From Microgenomates group bacterium ADurb.Bin219 (lineage in GTDB: Bacteria > Patescibacteriota > Microgenomatia > UM-FILTER-40-11), in the NCBI GenBank assembly GCA_002069945.1, contig MWCH01000002.1:15164-79163 (forward strand): DNA of 64,000 nt, in the 5' to 3' direction. Under the pieces are notes generated by a model that saw nothing but the letters and a program-made list of their open reading frames with translations, did not search any database and had not been told where the DNA came from. The position numbers and the translations under genes were made by a program. Below, one piece after another: positions 16,903-26,287 of this stretch. Within the stretch, counting starts at the first letter, position 1; each line of letters starts with the position of its first letter.

Positions 16903-19296
16903 CTACAGTCTCGCTCTTTGCGCAATCTCCGCCTCTACCACTGCCTTGGAACGGCCATACTTCAACCTTGACAGCTCTTTTACCATCTCGGACATTTTCG
17001 GATTCTGTTGCTGCCAAATCGGCGGCATGTCTTGTTTCATGGTCATCGAAAAAGCCGGCACCGGTTCGTTACCGACCAAAGTCTTGACATAAGCATTGTA
17101 AGCTTCAATATTAAGCAAGTCCGATTCGGAAAAGGTCGGCGTATATTCGTGTTGCAAATATTGAGCGTCGGTAACGCCTACCCGAAAGCTGATTTTGGTG
17201 CCGCAGTTGCCGAAAACCGCGTTTTTGACTTCGTCATCCATTTGGCCGATAAATTGGTTGGCCACACAAAGACCCAAATGAAACTTTCTGGCCTCGGAAA
17301 GAATTTGGGCAAAATCGGGAGTGGCAAAGTTTTGAAACTCGTCAACGTAAAGATAAAAATCTTTTCTTTGGGCTTCGGGGATATCCGAACGACTCATCGC
17401 CGCCATCAGGATTTTCGGAACCAAAACCAAACCCAAAAAACTGGAATTTTCTTCCCCAATCTGGCCTTTGGCCAGATTGATAATCAAAATCTTCCCCTCA
17501 TCCATCACTTTCCGAAAATCAAAGGAGGATTTAGACTGGCCGACAATATTTCTCATCATCCGGTTGGTGACGAAACGACCAAACTTGGAAACAATGTAAT
17601 CCAAAACCTCGGATTTATGAAAATCGGCGGTCTGGGCAATCTGGTCGGTCCAATAACGCCGCACCATCGGATCCTGAACCTTGGGCAACAATTCTTGAAC
17701 AAAGTTCTGGTCTTGAAGCGCCCGCATTACTTCCACAAAAGTTGCTCCCGGTTCGCACATTACCGTTAACATTGCGTTTCTGATTGCGTGCTCAAACCGC
17801 GGCCCGATAATTCCGGTTTTATAAGGATCGTAAAGTTTATACATCAAATTGATAATCGCCGAGGCGATAAAATGTTTTTGGTCCTCGCTTTGGGCTTCAA
17901 TCAAATTCAAACCCATCGGTCTTTCCGTATCAGCCGGCGAAAAATAAATCACATCCTCTGCTCTTTCCGGCGGAATCAGTTGCATCACCATTTCAAAAGT
18001 GTCATGAGGATCAATAAAACAAAAACCCTTTCCGGCTTTCATATCCTGATACATCATTTTGGCCAAGAGTTGAGATTTTCCGGTTCCGGTGGCGCCAATA
18101 ATGTAAATATGGCGCATCCTGTCCTTGTCCTGAATATAAACCGGCACCTCAATCCCCCGAAAGGCGCTTTTTCCCAAATAAAGTCCTTCCTTGGGAATTT
18201 GCTGAGGAGCCGGCGCCCTTTTGGCATTCAGCCAAAAAATAAAAGGTGTTTCCACGGTTTTATTGGGCAAGTGAAAAATTCCGGCCAATTCTTCGGAAGA
18301 TAAAATTATTTTGTTGCGGAAAAAATAGAGCTGCGGCGGATAACGGTAAATAAAATCGGTCATAAATAACTTGTTTAAACGGATTTTCCGACTTTTAAAG
18401 CCGTTTTGATCGGAGTTAAATTGCTCAAACGCCGCCTTGAGGTTAGCCAAATGCGCTTTTGCCGACTCCATCGTCGGCGAAGAAACAACCATCTTCAAAC
18501 TGACTTCAAAACCAGGCTTAGTGCATTTATTTTCGATTGCTTCCAATTGCTTCGGATCGGTTTTATAAGTTGCCTTTTCCGGATCGGATTCGGTTTTTTT
18601 GGTTTTGGCCAAAAAGCGTTTTCCCGAAGAGGCCCATTTCCGATTAGCCGGCGTAAATAAAAGCTGAATTGCCGCTCCTTCTCCGGGTTGCATCTTGGCC
18701 AAAGCGGAAGTTATTAAGGCCAGCGGGTCGGTCGGCAAATCCTTATAAACTTTAATCGGGAAAAAAGGAGCCGATCGGAATTGAAGCTCGGAAAAAGCGA
18801 CTTTGCCTTTTTCGGAAAAAATATTGTATTCTTTGGCTTCCTGAATTTCGGCTCCGGGATAAGCTCCATGAATCTGTTTTTCCACCATGTCCCTTAATTT
18901 CCCGGGGACGGAAATATAAAAACGAACATCTTCGGGTAAACCGACTATCTCAAAAGAAAGAAAGTCCTGGGATTTTAAAAATTCAAAGCGACCGCCCTTT
19001 CTTAACGAGGAAAAGGCGGCAAACATTTGTTCGGCCGCGTCAATTTTGATCTCGTTGTCTTTGGGAACGGCGACCTGAAGCAAAACATAACCCAAAGACT
19101 TTTTTTCCCGAAAACGATTCCGCCACCAAACAACCAGAAAATAACCGGAGATAAAAAGAAAAATCAGAAAAAATACCCCGAAGGTTAAAATCTCCAAAAC
19201 CAATTGGAAATTGGCTAAAAATAGGTTGTCCAAAAAATTGGAAACTGGTTCACTGGGCGGCATTTTCTTCCTTTCTGAAGACGGTCTGTTTGTCAA
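16903..19296 (-). CDS. Membrane-anchored VirB4/VirD4-superfamily ATPase (type IV secretion / conjugation-type AAA-like, TraG-D_C-like C-terminus)
   Basis: N-terminal TM helix; Walker A IIGATGTGKSQLL followed by FIDPHD; C-terminal DEFQNF...RKFHLGLCVANQ Walker B/arginine-finger-like region, as in T4SS coupling proteins and VirB4. Confidence 0.55.
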   Translation of the reverse strand: MTNRPSSERKKMPPSEPVSNFLDNLFLANFQLVLEILTFGVFFLIFLFISGYFLVVWWRNRFREKKSLGYVLLQVAVPKDNEIKIDAAEQMFAAFSSLRKGGRFEFLKSQDFLSFEIVGLPEDVRFYISVPGKLRDMVEKQIHGAYPGAEIQEAKEYNIFSEKGKVAFSELQFRSAPFFPIKVYKDLPTDPLALITSALAKMQPGEGAAIQLLFTPANRKWASSGKRFLAKTKKTESDPEKATYKTDPKQLEAIENKCTKPGFEVSLKMVVSSPTMESAKAHLANLKAAFEQFNSDQNGFKSRKIRLNKLFMTDFIYRYPPQLYFFRNKIILSSEELAGIFHLPNKTVETPFIFWLNAKRAPAPQQIPKEGLYLGKSAFRGIEVPVYIQDKDRMRHIYIIGATGTGKSQLLAKMMYQDMKAGKGFCFIDPHDTFEMVMQLIPPERAEDVIYFSPADTERPMGLNLIEAQSEDQKHFIASAIINLMYKLYDPYKTGIIGPRFEHAIRNAMLTVMCEPGATFVEVMRALQDQNFVQELLPKVQDPMVRRYWTDQIAQTADFHKSEVLDYIVSKFGRFVTNRMMRNIVGQSKSSFDFRKVMDEGKILIINLAKGQIGEENSSFLGLVLVPKILMAAMSRSDIPEAQRKDFYLYVDEFQNFATPDFAQILSEARKFHLGLCVANQFIGQMDDEVKNAVFGNCGTKISFRVGVTDAQYLQHEYTPTFSESDLLNIEAYNAYVKTLVGNEPVPAFSMTMKQDMPPIWQQQNPKMSEMVKELSRLKYGRSKAVVEAEIAQRARL

Positions 19297-19642
19297 ACAT
19301 CTTAATCAAGCGGCGGCACCATTCCGCCAACCAGCGGACCGATTCGGAAACTTTTTGTTTTAAACCAAAAAGAAACGTTGCCTCGCTTATCGGCAAAACA
19401 ATCTGCGTCGGTTGGGCGGACGGCGCGGTTACTAAAGTTTGGCCGTAATCATCAGTAATCGGTTTGGCCAAGTAAATCTCCTTTTCAATTTTTTCAATAT
19501 AGGGCTGGACCTCTTTTTCGATTTCTTTTTCCTTTTCTTCAACCACCGGAAAGCGCTCCTCTTCTTCATTAAAAAGAGAGTTCAGAACTTCCTTCTCTTT
19601 ACTCATTGATCCGGCCGGAGACGAGGTAACGGGCAGTGCCAT
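19250..19642 (-). CDS. Hypothetical small acidic protein (overlaps start of ATPase gene by 47 nt)
   Basis: 130-aa ORF; Glu/Lys-rich low-complexity N-terminal half; no recognised motif. Confidence 0.35.
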   Translation of the reverse strand: MALPVTSSPAGSMSKEKEVLNSLFNEEEERFPVVEEKEKEIEKEVQPYIEKIEKEIYLAKPITDDYGQTLVTAPSAQPTQIVLPISEATFLFGLKQKVSESVRWLAEWCRRLIKMFDKQTVFRKEENAAQ

Positions 19643-19684
19643 ATATTTATAATATAGTATAAATTGACCGGGAAATAAAGGTAA

Positions 19685-19724
19685 GGAGAGATTAAAAAAA
19701 CCGACCGGAAAAATTAATCTCCCC
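19685..19724. terminator. Hairpin (GGAGAGATTAA / TTAATCTCCCC) overlapping the nrdG stop codon
   Basis: 11-bp inverted repeat with one mismatch and an 18-nt loop; read directly. Confidence 0.35.
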
Positions 19725-20448
19725 TAATTTCAGCCGTAGGAATAATTTTTTGGACAATTTTCAAAGATTGCTTTAACTCTCCGGACGTAAACGGTTTCAG
19801 CTCACTAAACCGAAGATCCAAACAATTAGTCGGTCGGAAGTTCTGCAAAACCCAACGATAATTTACAATTTTTAATTTACAATTTTCAATTAAAGATCTT
19901 ATCTCGCCCGCCATTTGAATTAAAATCTTTTCATTGTGCAACCCCGGCACGACCGTGGTCCGAAACTCACAACCTATACCACTTTTTAAAATCAATTCCA
20001 TTGAAGATTTAACATTTGACATTTGACATTTGACATTGATGAAATTTTGATAATTATCAAAATTTCCCTTGTAATCCATGGCTACAAAATCAATTAATCC
20101 GTCTTTCAGTAATCGGGTGATTGTTTCCGGCTTGCTCCCGTTGGTTTCAATCATTGTCAAAAAACCCATTTTTTTAAGCTCTTTTAAAAAACCGGCCAAC
20201 TCCGGCTGCAGGGTCGGTTCCCCTCCGGTAACGACAATGGCATCAACCCATTTTTGCCTTTTTTTCAGGTCGGCGAAAATTTCCCCTTCTTCAAAGAAGG
20301 TCAGCTTAGGCTGCTTTTGGGGATCGGACAAGTCGGAGTTGTGACAAAACGGGCAACGGAAATTACAACCGGGAACAAAAATCACCGCCGCAATTTTTCC
20401 CGGCCACTCAATTAAGGAAGTTTTAAGATAGCCGGCTATTTGAACCAT
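19714..20448 (-). CDS. nrdG: Anaerobic ribonucleoside-triphosphate reductase activating protein (radical SAM)
   Basis: CNFRCPFCHN radical-SAM CxxxCxxC cluster near the N-terminus, 244 aa; sits downstream of nrdD. Confidence 0.8.
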   Translation of the reverse strand: MVQIAGYLKTSLIEWPGKIAAVIFVPGCNFRCPFCHNSDLSDPQKQPKLTFFEEGEIFADLKKRQKWVDAIVVTGGEPTLQPELAGFLKELKKMGFLTMIETNGSKPETITRLLKDGLIDFVAMDYKGNFDNYQNFINVKCQMSNVKSSMELILKSGIGCEFRTTVVPGLHNEKILIQMAGEIRSLIENCKLKIVNYRWVLQNFRPTNCLDLRFSELKPFTSGELKQSLKIVQKIIPTAEIRGD

Positions 20449-20592
20449 AATTAAATTTAAAGCGAGAAGTTTGAGATGAGAAGTTAGAAGTTGAAGAGTA
20501 AGACGAAATGTCCAAAAACTTAACTCCCACTTCTTTTAACTTTATCCGAATCCAACCTCCCGCCTCTCTCTTCCGTCTTCAGATTTAAAAAA

Positions 20593-20736
20593 TCATTTTT
20601 TGCCAATAATGTAGGTCTTTCTCTGTTCAAACTCCTGCTGTTTGCCGTCATTCCATTGCGATATCGGTCGGAGATAGCCGACAATACGGGAAAAAATCTC
20701 ACAGGGTTGCCTTTTAAGAATTTTGGTTTGGTCCAT
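20593..20736 (-). CDS. 47-aa stand-alone peptide corresponding to the NrdD C-terminal glycyl-radical tail
   Basis: Not in ORF track (<60 aa). MDQTKILKRQPCEIFSRIVGYLRPISQWNDGKQQEFEQRKTYIIGKK carries the class III RNR glycyl-radical signature RxxGYL...WNxGKxxExxxR. Strong RBS AAAAAGGGAGGTTGT-ATG; lies 72 nt after the nrdD stop. Confidence 0.55.
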   Translation of the reverse strand: MDQTKILKRQPCEIFSRIVGYLRPISQWNDGKQQEFEQRKTYIIGKK

Positions 20737-20808
20737 ACAACCTCCCTTTTTACTTAATTAAAAAATAATCTTTATTTTTTACCCCGTCTCTATCTCTATC
20801 TCTTACTT

Positions 20809-23013
20809 TTACTCTATCTCCACCCGGTATCCTTCTTTCTCCAATTCTTTCTTTTGTCTGATTAGATCTTCGTCACATTTGGGACAAAAACTAAAACCAC
20901 CCTTAAGATACCCGTGACGGGGACAGATACTGAAAGTCGGCGTCAGGGTAAAATAAGGCAAATGAAAATTTTCGGCGATCTTTTTAACCGCCGTTTTGAC
21001 CGTTTGGATATCGGAAAGGCTTTCTCCTAAAAAACCATGCAAAACCGTTCCTCCGGTATATTGGCATTGAAGTTCATCCTGATGTTCCAAGGCTTCAAAA
21101 ATATCGGCAGTATAATCAACCGGCAAATGAGTTGAATTGGTATAATACGGTTCTGCTTTTTTCTCCTTAACCGCCCGGTTGTTGGCAAAAATTATCTCCG
21201 GATAACGTTTCCGATCCTCGCGGGCAAAACGATAAGAAGTTCCCTCGGCCGGAGTTGCTTCCAAATTAAAAAGCTGGCCGGTTTCTTCTTGATAACGACC
21301 GATTCTCTCCCTCATAAATTTCAAAACTTTCAAGGCAAAGCTGCGTCCTTTTTTGGTCGCGATGTTTTCCCCCAAAAGATTTAAACAGGCTTCGTTCATA
21401 CCCACTAAACCGATGGTGTTGAAATGGTTTTTCCAATATTCGCCGAAGCGCTCTTTGATTGGCGTCAAAAAAACCTGGGAATAGGGATAAAGTCCTTTTC
21501 CGGTAAAATCTTCAACCACTTTTCTTTTGATCATCAAGCTTTCCTTGGCCAAATCCATCATTGCGGCCAGATTTTGAAAAAAATCCTTTTCTTTCTTGGC
21601 CAAAAAACCAAGTCTCGGTAAATTAATCGTCACTACCCCAACGGCTCCGGTCAAAGGATTGGCGCCAAAAAGTCCGCCGCCTTTTTTCCTCAATTCCCGA
21701 TTGTCCAAGCGCAATCGGCAACACATACTGCGCGCGTCTTCGGGGCTCATATCGGAATTAATAAAATTGGAAAAATAAGGAATGCCGTATTTTCGGGTTG
21801 CTTCCCAAAGATTTTCCAAATCCGGATTGTCCCAATCGAAATCCTTGGTGATATTAATGGTCGGGATCGGGAAAGAAAAAACCCGGCCCTGGGCGTCGCC
21901 TTCCAACAAAACCTCGCCAAAAGCACGGTTAAAAAGATTCATTTCTTTTTGAAAATCACCATAGGTCTTTTTTTGCGGCTGGCCGCCGACAATGACCGAT
22001 TCTTTCGCCATCATCTTTGGAACCTTCAAGTCCAAAGTCACGTTGGAAAAAGGCGTTTGAAAACCGACCCGGGTCGGCACGTTCATATTAAACATGAACT
22101 CCTGCAAGGCCTGTTTGACCTCAAGATAATCCAATTTGTCGTAATAAATAAACGGCGCCAATAAGGTATCAAAATTTGAAACCGCCTGAGCTCCGGCCGT
22201 TTCTCCCTGAAGGGTATAAATTAAATTAACCAATTGGCCGAGCGCGGTCCGAAAATGTTTTGGTGGACGTGAATTCAGTTTTCCGGAAACGCCGCCGAAA
22301 CCTTTGACTAAAAACTCGCGCAAATCCCATCCGCAACAGTAAGCCGCCAAAATCGCCAGGTCGTGGAGATGTAAGTCGCCGTTTAAATGAGCATCCCCAA
22401 TCTTCTTAGGATATATTTGATTTAGCCAGAAATTTGAAGAAACCAAGCTGGCCACGTGGTTATTCAACCCCTGGAGAGAAAAAGTCATATTACTGTTTTC
22501 CTTAACCCGCCAATCCAGCTTTCCCAAATAGTTTTTAATCAGCTCGTCCGAATCCACCAGGCTTTCAATGCTTCTGATTTTGTTATGCAGCTCCCGGTAA
22601 AGAATATAAGCTTTAGAAACCGCCACCAGCCGATTTTTAATCAGAACCTCTTCAACAATATCCTGAATCTGTTCTACCCCGGGAATTAAATGACCGTCAA
22701 AGCGCCGATCGAGGATTTTACTGACCTCAAGTGCCATTTGCCTGGCTTTCGGCAAATCCACCTCTCCCACCGCCCACATTGCTTTGGAAATGGCAATAAA
22801 AATTTTTTTCCGGTCAAAATCAACAATCCGACCGTCCCTTTTGCAAATTTGTCTCACTGGTCGGGAAATCTTATTTGCCGTCTCGTTTAGTTTTGATTTA
22901 TTTTTAAAACTATTTTTCATCATTCTCCACAAAAAAACCTGCCCCTGTATCTTTTGTGAAGATATTATCACTCTTCCCCACTGAAGCCTGTCAACCGGTA
23001 ATTTTAATATCAA
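20809..23013 (-). CDS. nrdD: Anaerobic ribonucleoside-triphosphate reductase large subunit (class III), lacking its own glycyl-radical tail
   Basis: N-terminal ATP-cone (RDGRIVDFDRKKIFIAISKA), large NrdD body, C-terminal Zn-ribbon-like TPTFSICPRHGYLKGGFSFCPKC. Ends ~20 aa after the ribbon with no RVxGYL motif. Confidence 0.8.
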   Translation of the reverse strand: MILKLPVDRLQWGRVIISSQKIQGQVFLWRMMKNSFKNKSKLNETANKISRPVRQICKRDGRIVDFDRKKIFIAISKAMWAVGEVDLPKARQMALEVSKILDRRFDGHLIPGVEQIQDIVEEVLIKNRLVAVSKAYILYRELHNKIRSIESLVDSDELIKNYLGKLDWRVKENSNMTFSLQGLNNHVASLVSSNFWLNQIYPKKIGDAHLNGDLHLHDLAILAAYCCGWDLREFLVKGFGGVSGKLNSRPPKHFRTALGQLVNLIYTLQGETAGAQAVSNFDTLLAPFIYYDKLDYLEVKQALQEFMFNMNVPTRVGFQTPFSNVTLDLKVPKMMAKESVIVGGQPQKKTYGDFQKEMNLFNRAFGEVLLEGDAQGRVFSFPIPTINITKDFDWDNPDLENLWEATRKYGIPYFSNFINSDMSPEDARSMCCRLRLDNRELRKKGGGLFGANPLTGAVGVVTINLPRLGFLAKKEKDFFQNLAAMMDLAKESLMIKRKVVEDFTGKGLYPYSQVFLTPIKERFGEYWKNHFNTIGLVGMNEACLNLLGENIATKKGRSFALKVLKFMRERIGRYQEETGQLFNLEATPAEGTSYRFAREDRKRYPEIIFANNRAVKEKKAEPYYTNSTHLPVDYTADIFEALEHQDELQCQYTGGTVLHGFLGESLSDIQTVKTAVKKIAENFHLPYFTLTPTFSICPRHGYLKGGFSFCPKCDEDLIRQKKELEKEGYRVEIE

Positions 23014-23103
23014 AAGATATCAGCTCAAGGCCGGGCAAACCACAAAAAAATTTTTGCCGATATTTTGGGCAAAAACTTAAGAATAAATTTTCTCCCCAAT
23101 TCC

Positions 23104-23685
23104 TTAATCTAATAACTTTTCTGTCCCTAAAATCACCCTTTCGGAATATTGAGTTAAACGAACCAGGGTCTCTTTTCTCTCGGAACTTAAACCCTGGGCC
23201 AGGTCGGATATCAATTCCTGATGTTTTTCCGCTGCCGTTTTGATTTTCTTGGCCAAAACAGAAACGTCTTCTCCTTGTTTTTTTGCCTCTTCCAAATTTA
23301 AAACCGCCTGTTCAAGGTATTTTTCCGCTTTTTCTATAGTGGTAATTCCCAGGTCAATTTTATTGCCCTCAATTAAAAATCTACCTGCTCCGAGTCTTTT
23401 GTCGGCAAAAAGCAAAACAATTTCCGCTTTTTTCTCCGCGCCAGAGGTCAACCATAACCAAATTCTGTCCCTGATCATTTTAAAAGAATAAAGCGGGTGG
23501 TCGGGTAAGATACCGGGATACGGCAAATAGTATAAAATTTCGGCTTTGGGAGTCGGCGTCGGTGTTAAAACCAAAACCGTCTCGGTTTTTGTGGTGACAA
23601 CCTTAGCCGAAGCGTTTAGAACCGATAAAAACAAAACCGAAAATGCAAAGACCAAAGCTGCTATGACGGTAAAAATTTTTTTCAT
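23104..23685 (-). CDS. Hypothetical secreted protein
   Basis: Signal peptide MKKIFTVIAALVFAFSVLFLSVLNASA, PT-rich segment, then a helical C-terminal region. Confidence 0.5.
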   Translation of the reverse strand: MKKIFTVIAALVFAFSVLFLSVLNASAKVVTTKTETVLVLTPTPTPKAEILYYLPYPGILPDHPLYSFKMIRDRIWLWLTSGAEKKAEIVLLFADKRLGAGRFLIEGNKIDLGITTIEKAEKYLEQAVLNLEEAKKQGEDVSVLAKKIKTAAEKHQELISDLAQGLSSERKETLVRLTQYSERVILGTEKLLD

Positions 23686-23819
23686 CCTTTAAAATCACCT
23701 CCTTTCATTTTTCTTTTGCTATTTAGAGTAAAACAATTATACGACTTTCGTTTTCCGACAAAACATTATTTTATCAAAAAATAATTTAAATACTTCGCCC
23801 GCTCTTAATTTTTCTTCCC

Positions 23820-26261
23820 CTAAACGACAAAATTGATTAATCTTCCCGGAACAAAAATTACTTTTCTGATTTTCTTGTCCGCCAAATATTTTCGAACCCT
23901 CTCGCTTTCCTTGGCCAATTTTTCAATTTCGTCTTTGGCTTCCCTTTTTTCATTGTCAATCGTCAGTTTTTCCCTTAACTTGCCGTTAACCTGAACAACG
24001 ACCGTTACCATTTCTTCCCGAATCAAAACCTTATCGTATTCCGGCCAATTTGTGGCGTGAATTGAGAAATTGTTTCCCAATCTTTCCCATAATTCTTCGG
24101 CCAGATAAGGCGCAAAAGGAGCTAAAATTTGGAGAAATTTTCCGGTATCTTCTTTGGCTAGCTCCGAATTTTCTTCCTGCCAAACATTAACAAATTCCAT
24201 CATGGCGGCAACCGCCGTATTGAATTTCATTCTGGCAATATCCTCCCCCACTTTCTTAATTGTCTGGTGTAATTTTCTCTTTAAGTTCAAATTCCCGCTC
24301 CCCGCCTTTTTCTCCGCTTCCAACTCACACTTCCCGATCACTAACCCCCAAACCCGCTTAATAAAGCGGTAACATCCTTCCATGCTTTCCTGGCTCCAAG
24401 TCATTGTTCCCTCAAACGGACCCATAAACATCAGGTAGGTTCTTAAGGCATCTACCCCAAAAGCTTCCCAAATCACATCCGGATTGATCACGTTTCCTCT
24501 GGACTTGCTCATCCTTTGGCCGTCTGATCCCAAAATCACTCCGTGAGACAACCTCTTGTAATAAGGCTCTGGATGCTCTTTCGGGACAAATCCCTGATCC
24601 CACAAAAATTGATAGGTAAAACGCGAATAAAGCAAATGAAGAGTATTGTGCTCATCCCCGCCGACGTAAATATCCACCGGCAGCCAATATTTTGCTTTTT
24701 TTAAATCAACCGGAGCCTTGCTGTTACGAGGATCCAAATAGCGCAAGAAATACCAATCCGAGCCCGCCCAATTCGGCATCGTGTCGGTTTCTCTTCTGGC
24801 CGGGCCGCCACACTGCGGGCAAACGGTCTTAACCCAACCTTCAATCCCCGCCAAGGGAGATTCTCCGGTTTCCGTCGGTTGATAATTTTCAACCTTGGGC
24901 AACTCTACCGGCAAATCGCTTTCGGGAACCGGTACCTCCCCGCACTTTGAACATAAAATTATCGGAATCGGTTCCCCCCAATAATGCTGCCGGGAAAAAA
25001 TCCAATCGCGAAGATGATAAGAAACCGTCTTTTGGCCGATTTTCTTTTCTTCCAGCCATTGAACTGCTTTTTTAATTGCCTCCCCTGTCGGCAATCCGTT
25101 CCACTCTTCGCTATTGATACTGGTTCCTTTTTCCGTTTCAAGATAGGGAGCTTTTGTAAAATCCCATTCTTTTTTGGCTGCAATTACCGGAACAATCGGC
25201 AAGCCAAATTTTTTGGCAAAGGCAAAATCCCGATCGTCGTGAGCCGGAACAGACATAATCGCCCCAGTCCCGTAAGTGCTTAAAACAAAATCAGAAATCC
25301 AAATGGGAATCTCTTTTCCCGTTACCGGATTAACGGCCATCAGTCCGCTGAAAACCCCGGTTTTTTCCTTGGCCAAATCGGTTCTTTCCAAATCCGATTT
25401 CTTTAGAGACTTCTCAACATAATGTTTAACCTCGTCATTATTAATTTGATCAACAATTTCGTGCTCGGGGGATAAAACCATAAAAGTCGCTCCGTACAAA
25501 GTATCCGGCCGAGTCGTAAAAACTTTAATTTTTGATTCCCGACCTTTAATGGCAAATTCAATTTCCGCCCCCTCGGATTTTCCGATCCAGTTTATTTGCG
25601 CCGCTTTAACTTTCTCAATAAAATCGGTCCGGGAAAGTCCTTCCATCAACCGATCGGCATAGTCGGTAATTTTAACCACCCATTGCTTGATCCTCTTACG
25701 GGTTACTTCCGCTCCACACCTTTCGCAGCTTCCGGCAACAACTTCCTCATTCGCCAGCCCGATTTTACACCGGGGGCACCAATTAATCGGCATTTCGACT
25801 TTTTTGGCCAACCCTTTTTTGTACCATTGCAAGAAAATCCATTGCGTCCACCGGTAATAAGCCGGTTCCGTTGTGGAAATTTCTCTTTCCCAATCGAGTG
25901 ATAAAGCCAAGTGTTTAGCTTGGATCTTAGAGTTGGCAATGTTTTTGACAGTCGTAATCATCGGGTTAATGCCGGTTTTGATAGCGTAGTTTTCCGCCGG
26001 CAAACCAAAAGCGTCCCAGCCGATCGGCAGCAAAACATTAAAACCGTTCATCCGGCTAAAACGCGCCAAAACATCAGTGCCGGTAAAAGAAAAAGTGTGG
26101 CCGACATGCAGTCTTTCCCCCGAAGGATAAGGAAATTCAAAAAGAATATATTTTTTGGGTCTTTTATCAAAATCAATTGCCCGATAAAGATTCGCCTCTT
26201 CCCACCTTTTTTGCCATTTCGGCTCTATCAAGCGATGATTATATTTTTCAGCTGTTTCCAT
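23820..26261 (-). CDS. leuS: Leucyl-tRNA synthetase
   Basis: HVGHTFSF (HIGH) and KMSKS motifs, 813 aa, LeuRS-type editing insertion. Confidence 0.9.
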   Translation of the reverse strand: METAEKYNHRLIEPKWQKRWEEANLYRAIDFDKRPKKYILFEFPYPSGERLHVGHTFSFTGTDVLARFSRMNGFNVLLPIGWDAFGLPAENYAIKTGINPMITTVKNIANSKIQAKHLALSLDWEREISTTEPAYYRWTQWIFLQWYKKGLAKKVEMPINWCPRCKIGLANEEVVAGSCERCGAEVTRKRIKQWVVKITDYADRLMEGLSRTDFIEKVKAAQINWIGKSEGAEIEFAIKGRESKIKVFTTRPDTLYGATFMVLSPEHEIVDQINNDEVKHYVEKSLKKSDLERTDLAKEKTGVFSGLMAVNPVTGKEIPIWISDFVLSTYGTGAIMSVPAHDDRDFAFAKKFGLPIVPVIAAKKEWDFTKAPYLETEKGTSINSEEWNGLPTGEAIKKAVQWLEEKKIGQKTVSYHLRDWIFSRQHYWGEPIPIILCSKCGEVPVPESDLPVELPKVENYQPTETGESPLAGIEGWVKTVCPQCGGPARRETDTMPNWAGSDWYFLRYLDPRNSKAPVDLKKAKYWLPVDIYVGGDEHNTLHLLYSRFTYQFLWDQGFVPKEHPEPYYKRLSHGVILGSDGQRMSKSRGNVINPDVIWEAFGVDALRTYLMFMGPFEGTMTWSQESMEGCYRFIKRVWGLVIGKCELEAEKKAGSGNLNLKRKLHQTIKKVGEDIARMKFNTAVAAMMEFVNVWQEENSELAKEDTGKFLQILAPFAPYLAEELWERLGNNFSIHATNWPEYDKVLIREEMVTVVVQVNGKLREKLTIDNEKREAKDEIEKLAKESERVRKYLADKKIRKVIFVPGRLINFVV

Positions 26262-26287
26262 CTTCTAAATATTATTTCTCTTGCCGC

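Noticed and set aside
17008-18660. Several 80-250-aa plus-strand ORFs inside the ATPase gene
   Set aside because: Antisense to a long, motif-bearing CDS; typical shadow ORFs in AT-rich DNA. The same applies to most other short track ORFs overlapping long genes throughout the window.
20520-20702. 60-aa minus-strand ORF from the track between nrdD and nrdG
   Set aside because: A different frame over the same DNA encodes the NrdD glycyl-radical-like peptide with a strong RBS; the track ORF has no motif or RBS.
22900-23100. NrdR box upstream of or within the start of nrdD
   Set aside because: The imperfect palindrome GTGAAGATATTATCAC has the wrong polarity relative to the ACAC...GTGT NrdR consensus, and lies inside the coding region.
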